From: Eledone cirrhosa
Lineage: Eukaryota
Direction: 5' to 3'
DNA: 64,000 nt
NCBI GenBank assembly: GCA_964016885.1
Contig: OZ024742.1
Coordinates: 31,062,001 to 31,126,000, forward strand
In this document: positions 18,001 to 30,813 of the stretch, in pieces
How the letters are laid out: every line of letters starts with the position of its first letter
How positions within the stretch are numbered: the stretch's first letter is position 1
Made by a program: the position numbers and the translations under genes
The notes under the pieces: generated by a model
What the model was told of the DNA's origin: nothing
Seen by the model: the letters and a program-made list of their open reading frames with translations, nothing else
Database searches by the model: none

Positions 18001-21000
18001 CCACATGACACAGCAAGCTACAAGACATACAAACTCTGGTCACACTGTATCACACAACAGTGACCACATGACACAGCAAGCTACAAGACATACAAACTCT
18101 GGTCACACTGTATCACACAACAGTGACCACATGACACAGCAAGCTACAAGACATACAAACTCTGGTCACACTGTATCACACAACAGTGACCACATGACAC
18201 AGCAAGCTACAAGACATGTAACCTATGGTCACACTGTATATGACAACAGTGACCATATGACACAGCAAGCTACAAGACATACAAACTCTGGTCACACTGT
18301 ATCACACAACAGTGACCACATGACACAGCAAGCTACAAGAAATGTAACCTCTGGTCACACTGTATCTCACAACAGTGACCACATGACACAGCAAGCTACA
18401 AACATACAACCTCTGGTCACCCTGTATCACACAACAGTGACCACATGACACAGCAAGCTACAAGACATGTAACCTCTGGTCACACTGTATCACACAAAAG
18501 TGACCACATGACATAGCAAGCTAGAAGACATGTAACCTCTGCTCACACTGTATCACACAGTAGTGACCACATGACACAGAAAGCTACAAGACATACAACC
18601 TCTGGTCACACTGTATCACACAACAGTGACCACATTACACAGCAAGCTACAAGACATTAACCCCTGGTCACCTTGTATCTCACAACAGTGACCACATGTC
18701 ACAGCAAGCTACAAGACATGTAACCTCTGGTCACACAGAATCTCACAACAGTGACCAGATGACACAGCAAGCTACAAGACATACAACCTCTGGTCACACT
18801 GTATATCACAACAGTGACCAGATGACACAGCAAGCTACAAGACATACAACCTCTGGTCACACTGTATCACACAACAGTGACCACATGACACAGCAAGCTA
18901 CAAGACATGTAATCTCTTGTCACACTGTATCAGGCAACAGTGACCACATGACACAGCAAGCTACAAGACATGTAACCTCTGGTAACACTGTAGCAGACAA
19001 CAGTGTTCACATGACACAGCAAGCTACAAGACATACAAACTCTGGTCACACTGTATCACACAGTAGTGACCACACGACACAGCAAGCCACAAGAAATGTA
19101 ACCTCTGGTCACACTGTATCACACAACAGTGACCACATGACACAGCAAGCTACAAGACATATAACCTCTGGTAACACTGTATCACACAACAGTGACCACA
19201 TGACACAGCAAGCTACAAGACATACAACCTCCGGTCACACTGTATCACACAACAGTGACCACATGACACAGCAAGCTACAAGACATACAAGCTCTGGTCA
19301 CACTGTATCACACAACAGTGACAACATGACACAGCAAGCTACAAGACATGCAACCTCTGGTAACACTGTATCACACAACAGTGACCACATGACACAGCAA
19401 GCTACAAGACATACAACCTCTGGTCACACTGTATCACACAGTAGTGACCACACGACTCAGCAAGCTACAAGACATGTAACCTCTGGTCACACTGTATCTC
19501 ACAGTAGTGACCACACGACACAGCAAGTTACAAGACATGTAATCTCTGGTCACTCTCTATCACACAACAGTGACCACATGAGACAGCAAGCTACAAGACA
19601 TACAGCCTCTGGTCACACTCTATCACACCACAGTGACCACATGACACAGCAAGCTACAAGACATACAACCTCTGGTCACACTGTATCTCACAACAGTGAC
19701 CACATGACACAACAAGCTACAAGACATGTAACCTCTGGTCACACTGTATCACACAACAGTGACCACATGACACAGCAAGCTACAAAACATACAACCTCTG
19801 GTCACACTGTATCACACAGTAGTGACCACACGACTCAGCAAGCTACAAGACATGTAACCTCTGGTCACACTGTATCTTACAACAGTCACCACATGACACA
19901 GCAAGCTACAAGACATGTAACCTCTGGTCACACTGTATCTCACAGTAGTGACCACACGACACAGCAAGCTACAAGATATGTAACCTCTGGTCACACTGTA
20001 TCACACAACAGTGACCACATGACACAGCAAGCTACAAGACATACAACCTCTGGTCACACTGTATCACACAATTGTGACCACATGACACAGCAAGCTACAA
20101 GACATGTAACCTCAGGTCACACTGTATCTCACAACAGTGACCACATGACACAGCAAGCTACAAGACATGTAACCTATGGTCACACTGTATCTCACAACAG
20201 TGACCACATGACACAACAAGCTACATGACATGTAACCTATGGTCACACTGTATCACACAACAGTGACCACATGACACAGCATGCTACAAGACATGTAACC
20301 TATGGTCACACTGTATCTCACAACAGTGACCACATGACACAGCAAGCTACAAGACATGTAACCTATGGTCACACTGTATCTCACAACAGTGACCACATGA
20401 CACAGCAAGCTACAAGACATGTAACCTATGGTCACACTGTATCTCACAACAGTGACCACATGACACAGCAAGCTACAAGACATGTAACCTATGGTCACAC
20501 TGTATCTCACAACAGTGACCACATGACACAGCAAGCTACAAGACATGTAACCTATGGTCACACTGTATCACACAACAGTGACCACATGACACAGCAAGCT
20601 ACAAGACATACAACTTCTGGTAACACTGTATCACACAACAGTGACCACATGACACAGCAAGTTACAAGACATATAACCTCTGGTCACACTGTATCACACA
20701 ATAGTGACCACATGACACAGCAAGCTACAAGACATGTAACCTCAGGTCACACTGTATCTCACAACAGTGACCACATGACACAGCAAGCTACAAGACATGT
20801 AACCTCTGGTCACAATGTATCGCACAGTAGTGACCACACCACACAGCAAGCTACAAGACATGTAACCTCTGGTCACACTGTATCACACAACAGTGACCAC
20901 ATGACACAGCAAGCTACAAGACATGTAACCTCTGGTCACACTGTATCACACAGTAGTGACCACACCACACAGCAAGCTACAAGACATGTAACCTATGGTC

Positions 21001-21045
21001 ACACTGTATCTCACAACAGTTACCACATGACACAGCAAGCTACAA
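1..21045. repeat. 63-bp tandem satellite array, about 330 monomers, continues beyond the window start
   Basis: Consensus ATGACACAGCAAGCTACAAGACATGTAACCTCTGGTCACACTGTATCACACAACAGTGACCAC is repeated head-to-tail with SNP variants and occasional 1-2 bp deletions. The array ends abruptly at about 21045. Confidence 0.98.
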
Positions 21046-21118
21046 ATGAGCACACACACAACAAACGAATCAACACCACAACACAATCAACTACCAAGAC
21101 GACCATACAAATAATTAC

Positions 21119-21770
<652 letters not shown>

Positions 21771-22476
21771 ATAGCTATTTATCTATAAGTATTTCGAAAT
21801 AAAGTGTGTTTTACAAAGTGGGAGGTTGTGAAGTAAAATAAAAGGAAGTACTTCTTACAATTTTATATAATTAAACCTGAGAGTCCTCAATAAATGTAAC
21901 AGAACTTATGAATTTACTCGAAACCAGGTTTTGCTTCCTTCACTCAGCTCTGAATAAACGAATATATACTCTTTTACCTTTTTTTTTTTTTTACTAGTTT
22001 TAGTTAATGTTTTTCGATCCCGTAACTTCTGGTGGGTTGTAGGAGTACCGTAGTGACATACAGAGTTAAAAATCCCCCCCCAAAAGCTGTTGGAGCCCAT
22101 CTCTTTTCCATGCTTGAAAATATAATTATTTGGAGGGTGGATCCCCCCCCCCCCCCTCATCCCACTGCCCCAAATAATAATATTTTTCTCCCCAAACTAC
22201 CAAAATACATTTATTTATATATGCGCTACAATTTATCTACGTGTTATCGCATATTGAAGTTTTTTATATCTTTGTTGATATTTGATAATAACACTGTATT
22301 TTCCCATTATTCGCCGTTTTGGCTGAATTAAATTACGGACAAGCACACAGTCACAGAGTTTTAGTTGTATATAGATAGTTTAATAAATTGGGTATAATAC
22401 CAGTTTCTTACCAAATGAGAAGAAGCTCCATATGGAAAGGATACTCCTTAGGAAAGGATACAGAGCATAATTTTTA

Positions 22477-22507
<31 letters not shown>

Positions 22508-22508
22508 C

Positions 22509-22583
<75 letters not shown>

Positions 22584-23074
22584 AATTGAGGTTGGTAATG
22601 GCACATGGAATATATAAGAGACAGAATACTTTTTTGTGAAAAAACATAATTTTATAAGGTAAGGAAATAATAAAGGGTATAAAAAATGACCGGTTTCGAT
22701 GGGTCTGCAAAAGCCATCTTTTCAAATGTTGATTAATATTAAGAAAAATTAATAATACGAAGAGTTAAAATTTGAGACTTGAAAATTCAAGTATAAAATT
22801 CATTGTGGGATTTCATAGCAGTTTTCATCTTGGTAGCAACAACAGGTTGACTGCTGTGTCCCTTTCTGGTAGTGAATGAGAAGTTATTTGGGGTGTGGGT
22901 TATTTTATAAAGGTCAGATTTAGCAATCGCCAGCTGCTGGTCAGTGAGGGGGTGGAAGCAATATACATACACATATCTTCCTGTGATGGGTAGGAGAGTG
23001 GAGCGTGATAGAAAGGGATTTAGTGCACTTACACCTATATATACACACATACCTTCATCCACACATACATATAC

Positions 23075-23115
<41 letters not shown>

Positions 23116-23200
23116 CACACATACATACACACACACATACATATACATACACACATACACACACACACATATATATATATATACATACATATATACACAT

Positions 23201-23255
<55 letters not shown>

Positions 23256-23294
23256 TATATATACATACACATACATCCAGATACACACATACAT

Positions 23295-23366
<72 letters not shown>

Positions 23367-24090
23367 CCCCCCCCACACATACATACACACACACACACAT
23401 ATATATATACATACACACATACAAACATACACACACACATATATATACACACACATACACACACATATATATATACACACACACACACACGCATATATAT
23501 ATATATATATATACACATACGCATACATCCAGATACCCACATACATACACACACACACGCACACACAATACATACATCCACATGCACACACATACACACA
23601 CACACACATATACACATACATACACCCACACACAGAGAAATGGCCTTCAAATATATATATATATATATACATACAGACACATATATTTTTTCCATAATAT
23701 AAGAAGTTGGGGCAGTGAAATTAAAATACAAGTCATTCTGATCACATTGAGTTCTTCATGTAGATTGGGCCCCGCAACCGACAGTGGTGAATTCTGTGTG
23801 CGCATATATATATAGATATATGTGTGTGCACGTGCAGGGTTTAACATGGATGTGTTGGTCACACAAAGGCATGGTCTGTCAATGAATAAACCTGATTCTA
23901 CAGAATTGGTCTCTGGTCTTTAATAGTAGTGATTCCGTGCGTATGTGTGTTTATATTTTATGACAATTCTATTGGGGTGATAACCCGTTTAGTTTTGGTT
24001 TAAATTTGTTAAGGAATAGATTTTCTTTGTTTATTCTTTGTTGCTGTGTGAACGAATCTGAGCACTTGTAGAAGGGGAAGATTTAAAATC

Positions 24091-24210
24091 TTTAAAATCT
24101 TCCCCTTCTACAAGTGCTCAGATTCGTTCACACAGCAACAAAGAATAAACAAAGAAAATCTATTCCTTAACAAATTTAAACCAAAACTAAACGGGTTATC
24201 ACCCCAATAG
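24091..24210 (+). pseudogene. C-terminal remnant of a PLE GIY-YIG endonuclease (mirror copy at 23969-24084, minus strand)
   Basis: Manual translation FKIFPFYKCSDSFTQQQRINKENLFLNKFKPKLNGLSPQ* fits the GIY-YIG terminal R..xE..F...F.P.LN pattern. Confidence 0.7.
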
Positions 24211-24808
24211 AATTGTCATAAAATATAAACACACATACGCACGGAATCACTACTATTAAAGACCAGAGACCAATTCTGTAGAATCAGGTTTATTCATTGA
24301 CAGACCATGCCTTTGTGTGACCAACACATCCATGTTAAACCCTGCACGTGCACACACATATATCTATATATATATGCGCACACAGAATTCACCACTGTCG
24401 GTTGCGGGGCCCAATCTACATGAAGAACTCAATGTGATCAGAATGACTTGTATTTTAATTTCACTGCCCCAACTTCTTATATTATGGAAAAAATATATGT
24501 GTCTGTATGTATATATATATATATATATTTGAAGGCCATTTCTCTGTGTGTGGGTGTATGTATGTGTATATGTGTGTGTGTGTGTATGTGTGTGCATGTG
24601 GATGTATGTATTGTGTGTGCGTGTGTGTGTATGTATGTGGGTATCTGGATGTATGCGTATGTGTATATAGATATATATATATATGCGTGTGTGTGTGTGT
24701 GTGTATATATATGTGTGTGTGTATGTGTGTGTATATATATGTGTGTGTGTATGTTTGTATGTGTGTATGTATATATATATGTGTGTGTGTGTGTATGTAT
24801 GTGTGGGG

Positions 24809-24862
<54 letters not shown>

Positions 24863-24929
24863 ATATATATATATGTGTGTGTGTGTGTGTATGTATGTGT
24901 GTATCTGGATGTATGTGTATGTATATATA

Positions 24930-24982
<53 letters not shown>

Positions 24983-25446
24983 ATGTGTATATATGTATGT
25001 ATATATATATATGTGTGTGTGTGTATGTGTGTATGTATATGTATGTGTGTGTGTATGTATGTGTGTATATGTATATATATATATATATATATATGTATAT
25101 GTATATGTATGTATGTGTGGATGAAGGTATGTGTGTATATATAGGTGTAAGTGCACTAAATCCCTTTCTATCACGCTCCACTCTCCTACCCATCACAGGA
25201 AGATATGTGTATGTATATTGCTTCCACCCCCTCACTGACCAGCAGCTGGCGATTGCTAAATCTGACCTTTATAAAATAACCCACACCCCAAATAACTTCT
25301 CATTCACTACCAGAAAGGGACACAGCAGTCAACCTGTTGTTGCTACCAAGATGAAAACTGCTATGAAATCCCACAATGAATTTTATACTTGAATTTTCAA
25401 GTCTCAAATTTTAACTCTTCGTATTATTAATTTTTCTTAATATTAA

Positions 25447-25495
25447 TCAACATTTGAAAAGATGGCTTTTGCAGACCCATCGAAACCGGTCATTT
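25447..25495 (+). ncRNA. Degenerate type I hammerhead ribozyme (mirror at about 22684-22732, minus strand)
   Basis: TTGAAAA (CTGANGA with two changes) - GATGG/cttttgcagac/CCATC stem II - GAAAC CG GTC - atttt, with a palindromic ACCGGT stem III. Confidence 0.55.
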
Positions 25496-25870
25496 TTTAT
25501 ACCCTTTATTATTTCCTTACCTTATAAAATTATGTTTTTTCACAAAAAAGTATTCTGTCTCTTATATATTCCATGTGCCATTACCAACCTCAATTTTCTC
25601 TATAACCTTCGCTTTGTGTAGAAAATTACACTTTTCATATATATATATATATGTACGGCGTAATTCGGGCTGTTTGTTTACAAACAAACCGAGCATTATA
25701 ATAAATGTTCGGTAAACCCATACGTACATATATATATGTGTGCATGTATGTATATATATACATACTACTGTACGTCTGTATACATATATGTATGTAAGTA
25801 TACATACATACTTACATTTAAGTACCAGCCGTACTAAGAGTGAGAAATGATATTTCGTTTCATTTTTTTT

Positions 25871-25942
<72 letters not shown>

Positions 25943-25971
25943 GTGTGTGTATATATATATACATATACATA

Positions 25972-26003
<32 letters not shown>

Positions 26004-26753
26004 GGAGTGGTGGAACTGGGGAAGGCCGGGCGTGTGAGGGGGGTTATACTCTCCTCCCAAAAATTACATTTTTCTCCCCAAACTATGTTATGTTTATCGC
26101 ATATCGAAGTTTTCTGACCATTTTTGAGTGTAAAGAGCTCACAAAGAACTAAATTGAACACATTTTACCTTCTCCCAATTTAGAAATGCTTCTCTTTGAT
26201 AGATTTGTGGTCGAGCCTGTGGCAGTGTAGACTTCAGGCGTTCTTTGCACCCCCCTCCCCCCCCCCCCCGACCACATCCATAATATCTGCTATTGGGGCG
26301 GTCAGGTTAACCTGACCGCTGCTACATCACGATTCTTAGCTATTTTTGAATGTATTCTTGGCGCGATCACTTTGGAAAATTAATTGTCTAAATTTGAGCT
26401 AACTTCCTGAAGAGTCCAGTGCTCCAGATGTCCAATATTATCGGATATCTTAAAATGCGGACGAAACCATGGTAGAGGTAACTAAATATGTTAACTTTTC
26501 TCCTAGTTTATTTTACACCTAATTCTGTTTAGTTGACTGTATATCTGGGCGATTTATACACGCTGTCGAAATACTCGATAAATACTCCGTCGCAACCGCC
26601 GCGAAGGGATGGTTTCGGTTATTTGTCTGAGATTTCTTCATAGAAGCCTTTATTCTTATAGCTTGGTCTAATCGATTTTTTATATGGTTAATTATGCTAA
26701 TTGGGAGAGGAAACGGTATATATTTTATCTGGCGATTCTATAGACATGTTTTA

Positions 26754-26839
<86 letters not shown>

Positions 26840-26959
26840 AGTAAGGTTGTTTGGATGCATCCATAGGCGGTATGCCAGTTGAACACTCTATGTTCCTACG
26901 GAGCAGAGTATAATAATATGGAAAACGAAGTATGGTTTCAGGAGAGCACAGGGCATAAG

Positions 26960-27310
26960 ATTGGTAAAAACATATTACTGTTGTGCTGTTGTATGAGGAT
27001 GTGGTCAGAGCAGAGGGCATTTCATAGATTTTCAAGGACGGAGGATTAGGAAAAAATCATATTAACGGTTGTGCTGTTGTATTAGGATGTGGTCACAGCA
27101 GAAGATATGTCATAGATTTTCAAGGACTTGGGATTGGGAAAATATATTTAGAGTAGCGTTGTGGCACGAGGATGTGGTCACAGCAGAAGATATGTCATAG
27201 ATTTTCAAGGACTTGGGATTGGGAAAATATATTTAGGGTAGCGTTGTGGCACGAGGATGTGGTCAGAGCAGAAGATATGTCATAGATTTTCAAGGACTTG
27301 GGAAAAAATA
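26960..27310. repeat. ~85-bp minisatellite, about 4 copies
   Basis: GGATGTGGTCA.AGCAGA..GTCATAGATTTTCAAGGAC starts at 26997, 27085, 27170 and 27255. Confidence 0.85.
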
Positions 27311-27839
27311 TTCAGGATTGCGTTAAAAAGGAAACGGAATATAAAATTTGTTTATTTCTTATCCACGGATCGGATTGGGTTCGCAGATGACAGATTGTTG
27401 ATAAACGATAGGGAAGAGTGATAGGAATCCCTGAAGGGTCAATGATGTGTTTAGGAAGATATATTAAGGTCCTAGAGAGAACACTTTAATGACATTCACA
27501 TTAATATGTCTAATGTGGACAGGAAGCGTCTGAAAATCAATTAAAAAAAACAGCAATTTGTGACAACACAACAAATATCTTCGTTGACAGGAAGTTGACT
27601 GTTAACTACTAATTATTAACATTTACATCTTATTTTCACACACACACACACACACACACACAGAAGGAATATTATTGTAGAAAGGGAAAAGGTAAGTTGT
27701 ATAACATATTCAGACAAAAGCGTCAAAATTACCTCATCTGCTCTCAACAAGCCGCACGATTTCGCACAATCAGGACTATCATACATGTTAGGTCTGCCTG
27801 TTGGCGTGACGCATGTAGGAGACATTTGCTGAAGGTGCT

Positions 27840-27906
27840 ACGCAGTATACCTGAATAAAGAACTACGTGGTTGCGTAGCGAACTCCTTAACCACACAGCC
27901 ATGCCC
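27840..27906 (-). mobile_element. 5' head fragment of a tRNA-derived SINE
   Basis: Minus strand GGGCATGGCTGTGTGGTTAAGGAG...CAACCAC has an A-box-like motif and resembles a recalled octopus SINE head. Confidence 0.5.
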
Positions 27907-28116
27907 TTTTCCCAATTCAAACGAAGAATTTCTAAATATTGTTACACGGAAGAATAGAATGTAGTAAAATAATGGAAACATTATCAAGGTAAAATATGTA
28001 AAGACAACATCCTGCCATCTACTTTCTACATCCCACCCACACTCACATGTACTCACACCTTTAAACAATCAACAAACTGATATATATATATATATATATA
28101 CACAAACACACAAATA

Positions 28117-28158
<42 letters not shown>

Positions 28159-28205
28159 AATATGTATATATATAATTATATATATACACACAAATATGTG
28201 CATAC

Positions 28206-28251
<46 letters not shown>

Positions 28252-28253
28252 GC

Positions 28254-28627
28254 AATATTCTGAAAATGCTTTCAGAATATTGTTAATTTAGCGAAGCTAT
28301 ACAGATAATCAAACATATGGAAACTATATTTATAAAACCATATTTATTTCATTATACATATTTCAAGGACACCAAGTTAAATTATGGTGTGCTTTCATCA
28401 GATAAAATATAATATAGATCAGTTTTATAAATAAATATTGACATACCCTTAAAGTATGTAACCATTAACTTGGTGTCCTTGAAATATGTATAATGAAATA
28501 AATATGGTTTTATAAATATAGTTTCCATTTGTTAATATCGTATTTTTACTCCAAATATTTGTTGAGTGCTTTATATCAGTTATAAAAATATTTGCTTGTT
28601 GTATCCCAACAATTTAAATAGAACTCT

Positions 28628-28630
<3 letters not shown>
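28254..28630. mobile_element. Inverted pair of PLE pLTR tail fragments between (TA)n tracts
   Basis: 28317-28380 is the reverse complement of 28465-28528. The minus-strand copy carries a hammerhead core. A related diverged copy lies at about 37306-37445. Confidence 0.6.
28345..28410 (-). ncRNA. Hammerhead ribozyme-like motif, probably degenerate
   Basis: Minus strand CTGATGA-AAGcACACCA/taatttaact/TGGTGTcCTT-GAAATAT-GTA. Stem I pairing is poor. Confidence 0.55.
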
Positions 28631-28721
<91 letters not shown>

Positions 28722-28957
28722 TATATATACATGCAATAAAAAGAAATACACAGATACATGCGAATACATACATATACATGCATATACACATATATCCTTG
28801 AATTTGTGTGGTGCCAACCTTAACCCATGTTGCTCTATGATTAATAGGGACAAAATAATCTGAATGAATTAGATTGACTCTATATCAGAGCTATATAATA
28901 CATTATAAAGAAAGAAGAAACATTAGACATAAAAAAAAAAAATATATATATACCCAA

Positions 28958-29010
28958 GGGCGGTGCCCCAGCATGGCCTCAGCCGGATGGCTGAAACAGG
29001 TAAAAGAGTA
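28958..29010 (+). mobile_element. 3' end fragment of a SINE
   Basis: GCGGTGCCCCAGCATGGCC.CAG..ATG.CTGAAACA.GTAAAAGA resembles a recalled octopus SINE tail. Confidence 0.5.
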
Positions 29011-29062
29011 TATAAAATGTTTTTAGAATATTGTTAATTTAGCGAAGCTATACAGATAATCA

Positions 29063-29205
<143 letters not shown>

Positions 29206-29345
29206 GTTTGATTATCTGTATAGCTTCGTTAAATTAACAATATTCTAAAAACATTTTCAATGTTGAACAACATTTTTGAATCCACAAATTGTGGTAAATA
29301 AGAGTTAGATGCAGTTGAAAAGTGCTGTTAAAGATGAGGGGAAAT

Positions 29346-29436
29346 TAAATCCCTCCCCCCAATAATTATATGTATATATAAGTGTATATGTGTGTGTATA
29401 TGTATGTGTATGTATGTATATGTGCATGTATATATC

Positions 29437-29505
<69 letters not shown>

Positions 29506-29578
29506 ATATATATGTATATGTATATATATATGTGTGTGTATGTGTATATATATGTATATATATGTATAAATATAAGTG

Positions 29579-29611
<33 letters not shown>

Positions 29612-29645
29612 ATGTGTATATATATGTATATATATATATGTATAA

Positions 29646-29703
<58 letters not shown>

Positions 29704-30663
29704 TTTATATTCTTTTAATTTCCCCTCATCTTTAACAGCACTTTTCAACTGCATCTAACTCTTATTTATCATATCTATATGTATTAGTATAATTTTATCA
29801 ATATAAATATACCCATCAATTAAATTAATTTATATTCTTTTCATAGATGTATTTTTTTCACTAACATTCTTATCTTAAAACTTTAGTCACCTTAGATATT
29901 TGTATTGGCATTACTACTTTATAACAGCAACTGCTTGTATACCTTTTACTGACCACCTGACCTATTTTCACCCCTAAAATAAGCTTCAATTACTACTACT
30001 TTACCATTTGGCCAATTATTAACTTTCTATTGGTTAATTCTAAACCTCTTACCAAACAGACAGAATATATTAGATCTTTGTTGGTTTTATTCAATGAAAA
30101 AATAAAATTATTTCTGAGGTCAGCATAAGACCTATTTATTCCCTAAAATAATCCTTCATTCATAATATTCTTTTCCATCCAAAACTGAAATCTACCTTCC
30201 TCTACACATAATTTAAGGTTCTTCTACTACTATATTACTATCCCGACCCTCACTATCTCTCTATTGGTCAATTCAAAACCTGTTCCCAAACAGACCTATT
30301 GTATTGAATCTTTGTTTTTTTCAATAAACAAATATCATTATTTCTGAAGACAGCATATATATGTGTAGGTATGTATATTCCCTCTGATAGTTTGTATAAA
30401 TATTGTACATAGATCTATAGAATATGCATACCAACTCTAACACATATATATCCTAGAAACGATCGTAAAATGATGAATTTTTTTTAATATAAGGAACTGT
30501 TTCTTTGTTTATTCATTATTTTATTAATTTATCTTGACTCTGTTTTCCGTTTATTTTTCACCGAAAGTAGTTTTTGAATGCATCTTCTCTTTTCATGATA
30601 TCCGGATTACATTGAGTTCTTCATACGGATTGGACACTACCGTAAACTTTTGGTAGATTTATC
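29346..30663 (+). repeat. Upstream pLTR
   Basis: Near-identical to 33592-34916 outside the internal microsatellite. Confidence 0.9.
30335..30476 (+). ncRNA. Type I hammerhead ribozyme with long stem II (upstream pLTR)
   Basis: Stem I TCATTATTT/AAATGATGA; core CTGAAGA at 30344-30350; 105-nt stem II domain; GAAAC-GATC-GTA. Predicted cleavage is after 30467. Confidence 0.8.
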
Positions 30664-30813
30664 TACATACTTTGCTCCTATTTTCATGGGGATATTCTTA
30701 TTTTTATATTGTATGTGTATATATATTTATATATATATACATATATGTGTATAACTTTATAACTCCATATACAAATAGTTGAGCTCTTTTTCTTGTCCAT
30801 TATCCATATCACA

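Larger units (their letters stand above)
22580..25599. mobile_element. 3.0-kb palindrome: two head-to-head 3' fragments of a Penelope-like element (GIY-YIG C-terminus, pLTR, degenerate hammerhead)
   Basis: The arms mirror about 24089/24090 (paired coordinates sum to 48179; mirrored ORFs 22787-23731 and 24448-25392). Reading outward from the centre gives FKIFPFYKCSDSFTQQQRINKENLFLNKFKPKLN. A hammerhead-like motif lies near each outer end. Confidence 0.8.

Noticed and set aside
1-21045. CRISPR array (palindromic repeat at a regular ~63-bp period)
   Set aside because: The inter-hairpin segments are near-identical rather than unique spacers, there are no cas genes, and the context is eukaryotic.
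26298-26319. Perfect 22-bp palindrome GCGGTCAGGTTAACCTGACCGC
   Set aside because: It is real but isolated, probably from a DNA-transposon relic, and no function can be supported.
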